Assembly (NCBI GenBank): GCA_963815195.1
Contig: CAWFGE010000011.1
Span: 32,001 to 96,000 of the forward strand
DNA from: an uncultured Planctomycetaceae bacterium
GTDB taxonomy: Bacteria > Planctomycetota > Planctomycetia > Planctomycetales > Planctomycetaceae
Reading direction: 5' to 3'
DNA: 64,000 nt
The notes under the pieces were generated by a model. It was not told the DNA's origin, did no database searches, and saw only the letters and a list, made by a program, of their open reading frames with translations. The position numbers and the translations under genes were made by a program. Shown piece by piece: positions 31,876 through 47,466 of this stretch. The first letter of the stretch is position 1; every line of letters starts with the position of its first letter.

Positions 31876-31932
31876 AAATCCGAAATCCGAATCTCGAAAT
31901 CCGAAACAAATTCGAATGATCGAAATTCCAAA
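31876..31932. repeat. Heptamer-periodic AAATCCG/AAATTCG repeat tract; copies at 43876-43909, 45113-45180, 45225-45292 (inverted), 47309-47375
   Basis: Shared core cgaaatccgaaacaaattc at all sites. Confidence 0.85.
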
Positions 31933-32146
31933 GAATGAACCAAAACCTGGAGATGGAAATCGATGGGAAAAAGGAAGGGGAACTCGATTGGTTGGGTGGC
32001 TGGGGCGCGGATTCCTCTTTGAATAAAGTTAGGCAAGCGAATACTGGGGCGATGGACGCGAGAGAAAAATCTCGCATGGCCCCAGTTCTCGCAACGCCTG
32101 TTTCGTTTGATCCCTTCCTTTGCGCCCAGCCACCCCCGTTGTCTCG

Positions 32147-32377
32147 TTAACCTCCATGAGTTATCAACGCCGCCGCAATCCATTTGATTAAGGCTTTCTG
32201 TTGAGCCCGAACCTCGGGATCGTCGTTCAATACAATCACTCGGCTCAGGGAACCGGCAAAGGCGTCGGCTTCTGGTTTGTCGGGCAACATATGAAAAATG
32301 CGTTTGCCAACGCGGAAAGCCATCACTAAGCAAACGCCTCCGCCGACCAATGCGAGCAGGCCCAGCACAGTTGTCAC
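32147..32377 (-). CDS. Small hypothetical membrane protein
   Basis: GTG after GGAG; TTVLGLLALVGGGVCLVMAF TM segment. Confidence 0.35.
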   Translation of the reverse strand: MTTVLGLLALVGGGVCLVMAFRVGKRIFHMLPDKPEADAFAGSLSRVIVLNDDPEVRAQQKALIKWIAAALITHGG

Positions 32378-32481
32378 AGGAATTCTCTCCGAAATCGGTG
32401 TGTCGTTGTGAATGACGACAGATGGCCTTGCCTTTGCTCCTTTGCTCCTTTGTGGCCTGGTGTGTGGCCTTTGCCCCTGAA

Positions 32482-32952
32482 TTAAGAAGACGCCTTCTGC
32501 CGCAGGGATTCTTGCCGGTAGCGTTCCATGACTTCCAGGTTGAACTTGGGGTGCTGCTCGGGATCGCCGGTCTGCCGGTGCCGGGCTTCGCAGCGGTAGC
32601 AAACCAAGACATCCGGCATCATCGCATAGAGGAGCAAATCCACCAATGCGAATCCCATCAGGATGCCCAAGGCGGTTTTCGGCATCATGTACGCCCAGGC
32701 GACGGTGCTGAGGATGGCTCCGGTGGCGACCATCGACACGCCGAGCCATTGCGGGAAATCCTTCTGCCGCCAGAGATCATGGCAGCCGCAGGCCAGGCAG
32801 CGGGCGGGGGTGTCTTCGATCCAATCGCCCGCAGACAGAGGCCGCGACCAATCGCAATGCCCGCAGGCGATCCGCTCATCACCGGGAGAAACCGCGGTCC
32901 GCCGGGGCAATTCACAATGGGGACAGGCATAAGTCAGGTTCACCGCAATCAC
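32482..32952 (-). CDS. Zinc-ribbon membrane protein
   Basis: CPHC, CGHC, CLAC, CYRC plus two TM helices. Confidence 0.7.
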   Translation of the reverse strand: MIAVNLTYACPHCELPRRTAVSPGDERIACGHCDWSRPLSAGDWIEDTPARCLACGCHDLWRQKDFPQWLGVSMVATGAILSTVAWAYMMPKTALGILMGFALVDLLLYAMMPDVLVCYRCEARHRQTGDPEQHPKFNLEVMERYRQESLRQKASS

Positions 32953-33181
32953 TCCGGTGCAAAATGGTTCAATTCAATCGCGACCGAGCGGCACATCTCG
33001 GTCGGCGATCTTGCGTTTCATTCCTTGTCCGTAACCCAGGCCGGCACTGCCCTTGGCCTGGGCTGAGAGAGGGCCGGGCCTTCGGCCCTAAATCCTTTTT
33101 GGGTCCAGGCATCTCGCCTTCCGCCGCCGAAGTTCGATAGCCGGCGGCAAGATGCCGCCGCGATTTTGGTTGCGGAAGTTG

Positions 33182-33877
33182 TTATTTGAGTTCCCGCAGT
33201 TTGACGTTTTTGTACCACACCTTGTGGCCGTGGTCCTGGAAGCCCACGTAGCCTTTGCGGGCGAAGTCTTTGACGGCGCGGGGTTTGCCGTCCAGCTTGT
33301 ATTTGTGCTTTTGGCCGTCGGGGCAGACGCCGGGCTGGTCGAACTCGTCGGCGTTCATTTTGCAGACTTCTTCGCCGTTGACTTTGACGGCGATGTTCGG
33401 GCCTTGGCAGCGGATGTCGACGTGGTTCCATTCGCCGGTGCCTTTGGAGGTGTTTTTCGAGGTGGGCACCAGATCGTAGATTGCTCCGAACTCGTGCTTG
33501 CCGGTCTTTTCGCCGGCCATCACCTGGATTTCAAAACCGGTGTTGACGGGGTTTTTGGGATCCTCCACGCGGAAGAAGATGCCCGAATTGCAGCGGGGAT
33601 CCTCCCAGCGCACATCGCAGCTGAGCTCGAAATCCCCGAAGGGTTTTTCGTAAATGACGATGTACCCGCCCGACTTGTAAGGCACGAGACAGCCGTCTTC
33701 CACGGGCGTGGCGATCGGTTTGCCGGTGTTGCATTTCCAGCCGGCGTGGTCCTTGCCGTTGAACAGCAATTTCCAGCCCGCTTGTTTTTCTTCTTTCGTC
33801 AGTTGGTTGTCCTCGGCCTGGAGCGCCCCGGCCGAGACCGCAATGAGCACCGCGCACAATCCTGGCAAAATCTTCAT
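33182..33877 (-). CDS. DUF1080 (3-keto-disaccharide hydrolase-like) protein
   Basis: GWKLLFNGKD, NSGIFFR, GEWNH, GFQDHG, VWYKNVKLREL. Confidence 0.92.
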   Translation of the reverse strand: MKILPGLCAVLIAVSAGALQAEDNQLTKEEKQAGWKLLFNGKDHAGWKCNTGKPIATPVEDGCLVPYKSGGYIVIYEKPFGDFELSCDVRWEDPRCNSGIFFRVEDPKNPVNTGFEIQVMAGEKTGKHEFGAIYDLVPTSKNTSKGTGEWNHVDIRCQGPNIAVKVNGEEVCKMNADEFDQPGVCPDGQKHKYKLDGKPRAVKDFARKGYVGFQDHGHKVWYKNVKLRELK

Positions 33878-34148
33878 GAGAAACCTTTCCAAGTTCGAGT
33901 TCAAAAAATCCATTGGCTATAATAACCGCGATCGCCCGCCGAAACGACCATTCCGTGGGGTTTTCGCGGTGCGGTCTTCGAGGAATCGGCGATTTGTCAA
34001 ATAAAAGATCATGAATCACTTCACGCAGCGCGTGCGTGCCCGCTCAAAGCAAACTGTCGCGACCATTGCAAAAAGTGATTCTGCGCCCCATGATTTTGTG
34101 GTTTCAATGACACCGGATTGCATGATGCCTCTCATTGCTGACTGAACG

Positions 34149-34625
34149 ATGAACGAATTGGCTTACGAAATCGCGGACGCCGAGCCGCGGGATTTTCTTA
34201 AGGTGTCGGCTTTGGATCGGATCGCCTGGCCCGCGGAACCGGACGTGTTTATCCCCGATGGAGAACACGCCTGGCGGTTGTGGTGCGAGCACGCGACCGT
34301 ACTTGTGGCAAAGATCTCCGGCCGGGAGGTTTCCGAATCGGGGAACATCGCCGGGGCATTGTTGATGTTTCCCACCAAGCACGGGGAAACGTTTCTGCAC
34401 AAGATTATGGTGCATCCCGATTGCCGGGGCCTGGGCATCGGCTCGGCCCTGATGCGGGCGGGGCTTTCGCAAGCGACGACGCGGACGCTGCTGACGGTCA
34501 ATCCGCAAAATGCGGCCGCGGTGAAACTTTATCAGAATTTCGGATTCGAAATCCGCGAACTCGTGCCCGGCTACTACCGCCCCCACGAAGACCGATACAT
34601 CATGCAATTCACGCCTTCGGCCTGA
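34149..34625 (+). CDS. GNAT N-acetyltransferase
   Basis: VHPDCRGLGIGSALM, NAAAVKLYQNFGF. Confidence 0.9.
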   Translation: MNELAYEIADAEPRDFLKVSALDRIAWPAEPDVFIPDGEHAWRLWCEHATVLVAKISGREVSESGNIAGALLMFPTKHGETFLHKIMVHPDCRGLGIGSALMRAGLSQATTRTLLTVNPQNAAAVKLYQNFGFEIRELVPGYYRPHEDRYIMQFTPSA

Positions 34626-34702
34626 CGCAGAAAAAGCCGTAATATCGCCGCGGCATCCACCTTGCCGCCGTCGAATGGGGTTTTGCTTTCCCTTCGCCAA
34701 AA

Positions 34703-36187
34703 TCAGGGAAGCTGGGTGCTGCCCATCAGCCAGCGGTCGCATTCGCGGGCGGCACCGCGGCCTTCGTTGATGGCCCACACAATCAGGCTTTGTCCGCGCC
34801 GGCAGTCGCCCGCGGCAAAAATGCCCTCGATGCTCGTGTGGTACTTTTCAAACTCAGCTTTATAGTTCGAGCGGATGTCCTGCTCGATCCCCAATTGCTC
34901 GGCGATCAAAGTTTCCGGCCCCAGAAAGCCCAGTGCCAACAGCACGAGGTCGGCGTCCCAGACCTTTTCGGTGCCGGGAAGCCGCGAGAACGGCGGCCCG
35001 CCTTCGGTGACATGGTTCCAATCCACCTCGCAGGTTTTGAGGGCCTTCAAATGGCCGTTGTCGTCGCCGATGAACTCGATCGTCTCGATGCAGAACTGCC
35101 GGGGGTCGTCGCCGAACTTGGCGGCGGCCTCGGCATGGCCATAGTCCACGCGGAAAACCTTCGGCCACTGCGGCCAGGGATTGTTGGGAGCGCGCTCGGC
35201 GGGCGGGCGGGGCACGATTTCAAAATTCGTGAGCGACTTACATCCGTGCCGCATCGAGGTGCCCAGGCAGTCAGTGCCCGTATCGCCGCCGCCGATCACG
35301 ATCACGTGCTTGTCCTTCGCGCTGATATAGTGCCCGTTGTCCAATTGGCTGTCGAGCAGGCTCTTCGTGTTGGCGTGCAAAAACTCCATCGCAAAATGCA
35401 CGCCCTTGAGCTCGCGGCCGGGAATCGTCAAATCCCGCGGACGCGTGGCTCCGGTGCAAAGGACAACCGCGTCGAAGTCTTCCGTGAGGTTTTGGGCGGA
35501 GATGTCTTTGCCGATCTCGGTGTTGGTGACGAACTGGACGCCTTCCTCGGCGAGCAAATCGACCCGCCGCTGGACGATCCATTTTTCGAGCTTCATGTTG
35601 GGAATGCCGTACATCAGCAAACCGCCAACGCGGTCCGCGCGTTCGAATACGGTGACCGTATGCCCCGCCTGGTTGAGCTGCGCCGCACACGCGAGTCCGG
35701 ACGGTCCCGAACCCACCACGGCCACGGTTTTGCCCGTGCGGGTTTTGGGCGGCTGCGGTTTGATCCAGCCTTCCTCGAAGGCTTTATCGACGATGGAGCA
35801 TTCGATGTTCTTGATCGTCACCGGCGGCTCGATGATTCCCAGGACGCAAGACCCTTCGCACGGAGCCGGGCAGACGCGGCCGGTGAACTCGGGGAAGTTG
35901 TTCGTCTTATGCAGCCGATCAATCGCTTCCCGCCATTGGTTGCGATAGATCAAATCGTTCCATTCGGGAATCAGGTTATTGACCGGACACCCGGACGCCA
36001 TATTGGCCATCAGATCGCCGGTATGGCAGAACGGCACGCCGCAGTCCATGCACCTTGCCCCTTGTTCCCTCAGTTCCGCCACGGGCATGTGCTCATGGAA
36101 CTCGTTCCAATCGAGAATCCGCAGCAGCGGATCGCGCTCTCCGGGCGTTTGTCGCGTGAACTCCTTAAAACCGGTCGGTTTACCCAT
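34703..36187 (-). CDS. gltD: Glutamate synthase small subunit
   Basis: [58 protein letters not shown]. Confidence 0.97.
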   Translation of the reverse strand: MGKPTGFKEFTRQTPGERDPLLRILDWNEFHEHMPVAELREQGARCMDCGVPFCHTGDLMANMASGCPVNNLIPEWNDLIYRNQWREAIDRLHKTNNFPEFTGRVCPAPCEGSCVLGIIEPPVTIKNIECSIVDKAFEEGWIKPQPPKTRTGKTVAVVGSGPSGLACAAQLNQAGHTVTVFERADRVGGLLMYGIPNMKLEKWIVQRRVDLLAEEGVQFVTNTEIGKDISAQNLTEDFDAVVLCTGATRPRDLTIPGRELKGVHFAMEFLHANTKSLLDSQLDNGHYISAKDKHVIVIGGGDTGTDCLGTSMRHGCKSLTNFEIVPRPPAERAPNNPWPQWPKVFRVDYGHAEAAAKFGDDPRQFCIETIEFIGDDNGHLKALKTCEVDWNHVTEGGPPFSRLPGTEKVWDADLVLLALGFLGPETLIAEQLGIEQDIRSNYKAEFEKYHTSIEGIFAAGDCRRGQSLIVWAINEGRGAARECDRWLMGSTQLP

Positions 36188-36205
36188 AATGACTAACCAT
36201 CTCAA

Positions 36206-36278
36206 GTAGGGTCCGCTCTGCGGACCAAAAAACTAGAGGCTGAAAATGCTTTGGAATGGTCCTGACAGCGGACCCTAC
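36206..36278. repeat. GTAG-type REPIN between gltB and gltD
   Basis: gtagggtccgctctgcggacc (36206-36226) and inverted ggtcctgacagcggaccctac (36258-36278); one mismatch to the REP at 13979 and 14223. Confidence 0.85.
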
Positions 36279-36311
36279 GAATTCTTCGCGGCTCATCCTC
36301 ACGCGGTTCGC

Positions 36312-40966
<4,655 letters not shown>

Positions 40967-41014
40967 CTTCGTATCTCGCTTCATCAGACGGTCATCGAAT
41001 TGAGAAGGTGTTTC

Positions 41015-41120
41015 GTGAGCGGCCAGGCGCTAGCCGCCGGTTTTGGTTTTAAGACCGGAGGCTAGCGCCTACCGCTCACATTTTCATCGAGACCGGAGGC
41101 TACGCCTGCCGCTCACATTT
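41015..41120. repeat. GTGAGCGG-family REPIN with tandemly duplicated right arm
   Basis: gtgagcggccaggcgctagccgccgg then two copies of agaccggaggcta(g)cgcct(a/g)ccgctcacatttt. Confidence 0.8.
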
Positions 41121-41229
41121 TTCAAACACATTCGGACTGAACTCGGGCGGAAATCCGACCGGCTCCTGCCGCCTTTACGGGAGGAGTTTTCACGCGGCAT
41201 CCTGCCAAAACAGCCGTCTCGAACTCACT

Positions 41230-42207
41230 TCAAGAGACGGTTTGGCGTCGGGAGCCCTGTCCCGGGGAATGGGTTTCGGAAGAAGGGAAGCTGCCCGCGA
41301 GAGAATCCGGCTCGTCGTGCAACATTTCGACAAACTTGTTCGCGGCCGTGCTAAGCGTTTTGTGCCGTTTATGAACAATGCCCAGCGGACGAAACCAGAG
41401 CGGCCTCTCCGGGGGATGATGATCCAAAGACAAGTGGACCTGACACAGCGAACCGCCGTCGCATTCCCGGCGGACGGTGGGAGCGGGCAACAAGGCGATT
41501 CCCGCGCCGATCTCCACGGCGCGTTTGATGTTTTCGATATTGTCGAACTCGTGCACGACATGCACCGAAACCTTCGCCTGCTTGAGCCAACGGTCGATCT
41601 GGCGGCGAATGGTGAGTTCCGTGGTGAAGCCCACGAATTTTTCGCCGTTCATTCGGGCGACGTGGATCCACTCCTCGCCGGCAAGCCGATGAGCCGGGGA
41701 GACCACGAGCACCATCTCCTGTTCCAGCCAAGGAATGCAGCCGATCTCGCCGCCGTCCTTGGGAAATGAAACCAGCCCGATGTCCGCCGCATCCTGAAGC
41801 ACCCGGTCGTAGACCGCTTCGGGATGCAGATATTCCAGTTGCAATTCCGTCTCGGGATACCGCTCCTCGAATTGTTTCACATACGCGTCCATTTGCAACA
41901 GACCGACCGAGTAAATCGCCGCCACGCGAACCCGCCCGCTGACCAGATCCTTGGCCTGGCGGACCTGGTCCTCGATCAGGCGGAAGCCTTCCAACAACTC
42001 CCGGCAGCCTTCGTAATAGATTTTTCCCGCCGCCGTCAGTTCAAACGGCCGTTTCGATCGATCGATCAGTTGGGTTTCCAGCCGTTTTTCCAATTGATGC
42101 ACGGCCTGGCTCGCGGAGGATTGGGACACGTGATGCACCTCCGCCGCCTTGGAAAAGCTGCGCAGGCTCACCACTTCACAAAAAATCTCGACGTTCCGCA
42201 GGTGCAT
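41230..42207 (-). CDS. LysR-family regulator upstream of gltB
   Basis: SFSKAAEVHHVSQSSASQAVHQLEKRL HTH; AVEIGAGIALLP. Confidence 0.93.
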   Translation of the reverse strand: MHLRNVEIFCEVVSLRSFSKAAEVHHVSQSSASQAVHQLEKRLETQLIDRSKRPFELTAAGKIYYEGCRELLEGFRLIEDQVRQAKDLVSGRVRVAAIYSVGLLQMDAYVKQFEERYPETELQLEYLHPEAVYDRVLQDAADIGLVSFPKDGGEIGCIPWLEQEMVLVVSPAHRLAGEEWIHVARMNGEKFVGFTTELTIRRQIDRWLKQAKVSVHVVHEFDNIENIKRAVEIGAGIALLPAPTVRRECDGGSLCQVHLSLDHHPPERPLWFRPLGIVHKRHKTLSTAANKFVEMLHDEPDSLAGSFPSSETHSPGQGSRRQTVS

Positions 42208-42475
42208 CGCTGGGTGTGGATTCTGGGATCAGACTCTGTATCGGTTAAACTAATGGGCCGACCAGATATGTATTGGAAAAATTGAAATCGCAGTCTAGGC
42301 ATGCTCGACCGCGTCCGTCAAGAGTTTGCCCCCGAAAAACCAAAATTCCAGACGCATGGAGATTGTTCGATTTTAGATGCATTTGTTCAGAGATCGGCTC
42401 CCTTGCATTGAGGTTCCGGCTGGCAAACAATGGGGCGATGACCCCGTCTTGCCTCGCCTATTCGGAGAGAATCTC

Positions 42476-43870
42476 ATGAGCCTGCGGACTTTGTATCTGG
42501 CATTTTTGGTGTCGAGCACGATTGTCAACGTCGGCCCGGCGGCGGAATCGCGGCCGAACTTTGTGTTTATCATCGCCGACGATTGCACGCACCGCGACCT
42601 GGGATGTTACGGCGGGCAAGCTCTGACGCCGAACATCGACCGGTTAGCGAGCGAAGGCCTGCGGTTTACGCATTGCTTCCAGGCCGCTCCGATGTGCTCC
42701 CCCACGAGGCACAACATCTACACCGGACTCTATCCGGTGAAAAGCGGGGCCTATCCCAATCATACGTTCGTCAAGGGCGGCACGAAGAGCGTCGTCGGGT
42801 ACCTGAAACCGCTCGGCTACCGCGTGGCCCTCAGCGGCAAGAAACATATCGCCCCAAAGAGCATCTTTGATTTCGAGTATTCCGGCAAAGGCAACAACCC
42901 CGATCCCGCGGCCATCGATCGGCTCTTCGGAGAATGCGAAAAGTCCGAGACGCCGTTCTGTTTGTTCGCCTGCTCGAACGAGCCGCACTCCCCGTGGAAC
43001 AAAGGCGATCCCTCGAAATATCCCCAGGATAAAATCCAGCTCCCGCCCTACTTCGTGGACACGCCGACGACGCGCGAGAACATGTCCCGTTATCTCGCGG
43101 AGATCACGTATTTCGACGGGCAAGTGGCGACGATTTTGGATCTGCTCAAACAGCACCATCTCGCCGAGAAGACGCTGGTGATCGTCACGACCGAGCAAGG
43201 CTCGAGCTTTCCGTTCGGCAAGTGGACCTGCTACGACACGGGCCTGCAAACCGCGCTCATTGCCCGCTGGCCGGGAACGGTCGCACCCGGCACCGTCAGC
43301 GACGCGCTCGTCGAATACATCGATGTGCTGCCCACGTTTATCGAAGCCGCCGGCGGCAAGGTGCCCGACGTTTTGGAAGGCAAAAGCTTAATGCCGGTGC
43401 TGACGGGGCAAGCGAAGGAGCACAAAGACTATGTGTTCGGCCTGCAGACGACGCGGGGGATTATCCGCGGCTCGGACTATTTTGGCATTCGCTCCGTGCG
43501 GAGCCGGCGGTACAAGTACATCAAGAATCTGACGCCGGAAGTCAAGTTTCAGAACGCTTGCTCCACCAGCGAGCCCTTTTTGTCATGGAAGGACAAAGCC
43601 AAGACCGACAAGGACGCGGCCGAGAAAGTCCGGCGGTACGAGCGCCGCCCCGCGGAAGAGCTTTACGACGTGGAAAACGATCCCTACGAGTGGCACAACC
43701 TCGCCGACGATCCCAAGTACGCCCAGATCAAAACGGAGCATCAAAAAGAGCTCGCGGCCTGGATGAAACGCCAAGGCGACAAAGGCCAAGAAACAGAGCT
43801 CGCGGCCCTCGAGCACCAGGCCCGCAATCGAAAGAAGGCCGGGACTAATCAGAAGAATAAAAGGAAGTAA
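42476..43870 (+). CDS. Sulfatase
   Basis: RPNFVFIIADD, CSPTR, EELYDVENDPYEWHNLA. Confidence 0.93.
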   Translation: MSLRTLYLAFLVSSTIVNVGPAAESRPNFVFIIADDCTHRDLGCYGGQALTPNIDRLASEGLRFTHCFQAAPMCSPTRHNIYTGLYPVKSGAYPNHTFVKGGTKSVVGYLKPLGYRVALSGKKHIAPKSIFDFEYSGKGNNPDPAAIDRLFGECEKSETPFCLFACSNEPHSPWNKGDPSKYPQDKIQLPPYFVDTPTTRENMSRYLAEITYFDGQVATILDLLKQHHLAEKTLVIVTTEQGSSFPFGKWTCYDTGLQTALIARWPGTVAPGTVSDALVEYIDVLPTFIEAAGGKVPDVLEGKSLMPVLTGQAKEHKDYVFGLQTTRGIIRGSDYFGIRSVRSRRYKYIKNLTPEVKFQNACSTSEPFLSWKDKAKTDKDAAEKVRRYERRPAEELYDVENDPYEWHNLADDPKYAQIKTEHQKELAAWMKRQGDKGQETELAALEHQARNRKKAGTNQKNKRK

Positions 43871-44116
43871 CGGTGAAATCCGAATCTCGAAATCCGAAAC
43901 AAATTCGATTGAGCGACATCCCAAGGCTCCAAACCCCGCAAAAACGTTCCGACTCGCCGGCTTGGGATTTGAGGATTTCCGTGGTTCCAAATCACTGAAA
44001 AGGGCCTTGGGCCCTCAATCTTTTTGGTGCAGGCGCCTCGTGTGCTCATGTGGCCGGGACGGTTGCACCACAATCACACGAAGTTTGGAACGACTGAATT
44101 TGACGAATCGCGGGGA

Positions 44117-45049
44117 TCAGGCGATCGCGATCAGTTCCGCGACCTCCCAGACCGCGGGAGGCACGCGCTCGGCGGGCGTGCTCAACACGGCGCCGGCCCA
44201 AATCTGCCAGGCGGAACGCGGTTCGTGCAGCGGGGTGACGGCGATGGGATCCTCCCCGGCGGCGCGTTCGTAAGATCTCAAAATCTCAGCCGCGTCCCGG
44301 GCCGTGAGTTCCCCGAGCGGGATGTCGAAAAGCTCCACATCGACGGCCTGAGCCTCGAAACCGGCGGGAACCGTTACGATCGCGGCGGTCGTGGTTTCCG
44401 AAGCCCGCCGGAGCACCGCAAACCGCGTTTCGGAAAGGTCATCGGCCTTCGCATCGGCACCGAAAACCCGCACGCCCAACAGCGTCCCCAACGGAAGCCT
44501 GCGGTGATAAATGCGGAGCTGATCCCGGCCTCGGTCCAGCGAGCGGGACAATTCGCAATCGGGATCCGTTGGAACTCGCACGATATCCTCTGGCCGCGCC
44601 GCGGCTTTACCCGCGGAAGGCTGCGGCGGGCTCAGTTTCACCCCGCCGAGGGCCCGGCTTTTTGAAGCAGAAGCTGCCGGGGACGAGACCGCGGCTGATG
44701 CGGTTGGTTGGGCGGAAAGGCGGGATCGCATCGGCGAGGCGGCCGCGCGGGCAGGTTTCGGGCGGCCTTGGGTTCTCGCGACGATGGCTCCAATGCGGGC
44801 CAGTTTTCTCAAAGCGTGCGGCGAACGCGCGGCCTCGGCTTCCAACTCCCGCCGGTCTTCCGCGCTCAATCGCCCCTCGAAATAATCGAACATCGCCGCG
44901 GTGTCAATTTCGCTCGCCTCGTAAGCCGCCTCCAACACGGCTTCATCCACAACCGGCGGCTCGTGGTTCAAAAAATCGCGAATCTGCTCGAACCAATCGT
45001 CCGCCCCGGGCGAATGAAGTTGACCATATGACATCGTCTGTATCTCCAA
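44117..45049 (-). CDS. Hypothetical protein, possible anti-sigma-like N-terminal helix bundle
   Basis: AMFDYFEGRLSAEDRRELEAEA pattern; downstream of a sigma-like gene. Confidence 0.5.
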   Translation of the reverse strand: MEIQTMSYGQLHSPGADDWFEQIRDFLNHEPPVVDEAVLEAAYEASEIDTAAMFDYFEGRLSAEDRRELEAEAARSPHALRKLARIGAIVARTQGRPKPARAAASPMRSRLSAQPTASAAVSSPAASASKSRALGGVKLSPPQPSAGKAAARPEDIVRVPTDPDCELSRSLDRGRDQLRIYHRRLPLGTLLGVRVFGADAKADDLSETRFAVLRRASETTTAAIVTVPAGFEAQAVDVELFDIPLGELTARDAAEILRSYERAAGEDPIAVTPLHEPRSAWQIWAGAVLSTPAERVPPAVWEVAELIAIA

Positions 45050-45320
45050 CCAAGCAGCACTTTCATTGGGGCTGCGGTTTTTTTTGTTCTTTGGTTTCTG
45101 TCGTTATTTTGGAAAATCCGAAGCACGAGATTCGAAATCCGAAACAAATTCAAAATCCGAAATTCCAAGGCTCCAAACTCCGCCGCCGACGGTTTTCCGT
45201 TCGGGAAACGTCATCCTCGCTTGGGGTTTGGAAGATTGGAATTTCGGTCATTGGAATTTGTTTCGGATTTCGAGATTCGAATTTCGGATTGGAAAACTTC
45301 CGTGCAAAGCCGCGGCCGGT

Positions 45321-46343
45321 TTATTCGGACGCAAAGGGATTTCCTTCAAACCGCCCCAGCACGTGGGCTTTGACTTCCTTGACGAAGTTAAACATCTGCG
45401 TGGTTCCGTAGGGGTAACCTTGGCCCCTGAGGGTTTCCGCCACTTCCTGGTACGTCAGCCCTTCGCAGACATACAGCTTGAAAGCCAGGACCCGCTCGAA
45501 CGGGCACACGCCGGTCTCCACAAGTTGGCTGCAAATCTCGTCCACTTGGCGGAGGGACTCGGCGACGTCCTGCTGCCGGCGGTAATCGCGAACGTAGCGG
45601 AGCGACTGCTTGGGGGAACTCGGAACATCATCGGAGGCGGTGTCTTCGTCGCCCGGTCCGCCGAGCCCGCGTTTGAGGGTGTCGCTTTTCCGCGGTCGGA
45701 CCGCGGCGGCGAAAAGATTGTCCACGACATCATCGAACCAGGTGCTCAGCATGGCCCGGCGGGAATCATCTGGATTGAAGCGGGTGATCACCTGCTGAAA
45801 ATGGGCTGAGGCCTCCTGGATCAAATCGTCCACTTCAAACCCCCGTTTGGCCGCGCTTTTCTGATAGCAATGAGCCACCCGTTCCACCTGCGGAGCCAAT
45901 TCCAGCCAAAGTTCCTCCCGGATGCGTTTCTCCTGTTCCCGAGACAATTTCTCATCGAGCAAAGTTTGCACCAAAATCAACTGCCGGAGGGCGTGGCGAA
46001 GTTTTTCGACCACGGGAGAGAGATCCGCTTCCGTCACCGCGGTTAGGGTGAGGGTTTGGCCGGTTCCCAGTTGCCGGGCTTTCCGCCGGGCGATGCTCCC
46101 CGCCTGCCGCCGAGTCCAGGCGTCCCGGTGCGGCTGGAGGCGTTCCCACCAAACGTGTTGCTGCTCTTGAAGTTCTGTCGATTGAAGTTTGCTCCCCGAG
46201 ATGAGTTCTGCGAAAGATGGGTCAAATAGTCCGTTCCAGCTCGTTTTCAAATGGTTTTGCAGCGTGCTCATAATTTGCGAGCCAACTTCGTCCATTAAGT
46301 CTCCTTCTCGGTGTTCGATCAACTCCCCGGAAAAACGTGCCAT
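45321..46343 (-). CDS. Atypical sigma-70/ECF-like factor with long N-terminal extension
   Basis: Region-2-like GFEVDDLIQEA and region-4-like AFKLYVCEGLTYQEVAETL. Confidence 0.6.
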   Translation of the reverse strand: MARFSGELIEHREGDLMDEVGSQIMSTLQNHLKTSWNGLFDPSFAELISGSKLQSTELQEQQHVWWERLQPHRDAWTRRQAGSIARRKARQLGTGQTLTLTAVTEADLSPVVEKLRHALRQLILVQTLLDEKLSREQEKRIREELWLELAPQVERVAHCYQKSAAKRGFEVDDLIQEASAHFQQVITRFNPDDSRRAMLSTWFDDVVDNLFAAAVRPRKSDTLKRGLGGPGDEDTASDDVPSSPKQSLRYVRDYRRQQDVAESLRQVDEICSQLVETGVCPFERVLAFKLYVCEGLTYQEVAETLRGQGYPYGTTQMFNFVKEVKAHVLGRFEGNPFASE

Positions 46344-46442
46344 CGCCTCGAAACGGTTGGGAACTCACCAACCCAACTCTCAATACGCCGCAGCCCTGCG
46401 ATTTTTTCACAAAACTGCGGAATTCTCTGAAAAACCTGCTTT

Positions 46443-46637
46443 CAACGCAAAGGCGCAAAGAAAAGACGCAAAGGGCCGCAAAGATGAAACATTTCTCCAC
46501 AATAGACTTTCTGTAGCATTTTCCTTGGCGCTTCGGCTCAGGTGTGTGTTTTGTGGTCATTCTTAAGTAAAAAACCTTTGCGCCCCTTTGCGTCTTTTTC
46601 TTTGCGCCTTTGCGTTTTTCTTTGCGCCTTTGCGTTA
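46443..46637. repeat. Inverted pair of CGCAAAG-periodic tracts
   Basis: aacgcaaaggcgcaaagaaaagacgcaaag vs ctttgcgcctttgcgtt repeats; same family as 28198/28570. Confidence 0.8.
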
Positions 46638-46666
46638 CCAAAATCGATTTCGACTTTGATTCGATA

Positions 46667-47229
46667 TCATTTACCCTCAGCACTTAGCAGTTTTTTTAAG
46701 GCCGCGAGCTCGGCTTCAACCTGGTCGGCCCGCGAGGCGTCGGCGTCGGCGTAATCCTCTTCGGGTTCCATTTCCAATTCGGCGGCCTGGTTTTCCAGCG
46801 TCAGGCCCTGTTCCAGGAGGCGGAGCTTGCGGCGAGCTTCCGTCAGCCGGGCTTCCAGGGCCCGCAGCATCGTCTGCAAGTGGTCGCGGGTCGCGATCGC
46901 GGCGGCGTGCTGCTGCTCCAGACCGGCGACGACATCTTCGATCTCCTGCTTGCGGACGAGGGCCGTCCGCGCCCGGCTTCGTTGCCTTTTTGGAGCTCCT
47001 CTTTCGCCTGGGCCATCCATTGGTCGGCCTGGGCCTGATGCTCCCCGATCTCGCGGTTCAGCCGGGCCACCGAACCGTTCGCCGTCGAGACGCTCCGCTT
47101 GGCCCCGGCCAGCCCTTCCTCCATTTCCCGCACAATCGTTTGAATCGCGGCTTTCGGATTGGATTCCTGCGACAGGATTTCCGTCAGGTTGCACGTGACG
47201 ATATCCGTCAATCGGCTGAAATAACTCAT
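46667..47229 (-). CDS. pspA: PspA/IM30-family protein, frameshift near 46975
   Basis: MSYFSRLTDIVTCNL, coiled coil, VEAELAALKK C-terminus. Confidence 0.8.
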
Positions 47230-47466
47230 CGAACAAAACCTCTCAACGAAACCCCACCGCCGGGCTTTAGTGATAAATTCTAAACCAGTGTGCGCGATTC
47301 CGGGCAGGAAAATCCGAAATTCGAATCTCGAAATCCGAAACAAATTCCAATGTCCGAAATTCGAATATCCAAACCCTGCGCGTGGACCTCTGCATCCAAG
47401 GATAACGTCTCAAATCCGTGTGCGGATCTGTATGTTTTTCTATCCACAATCCTCATTCCTCTATCC

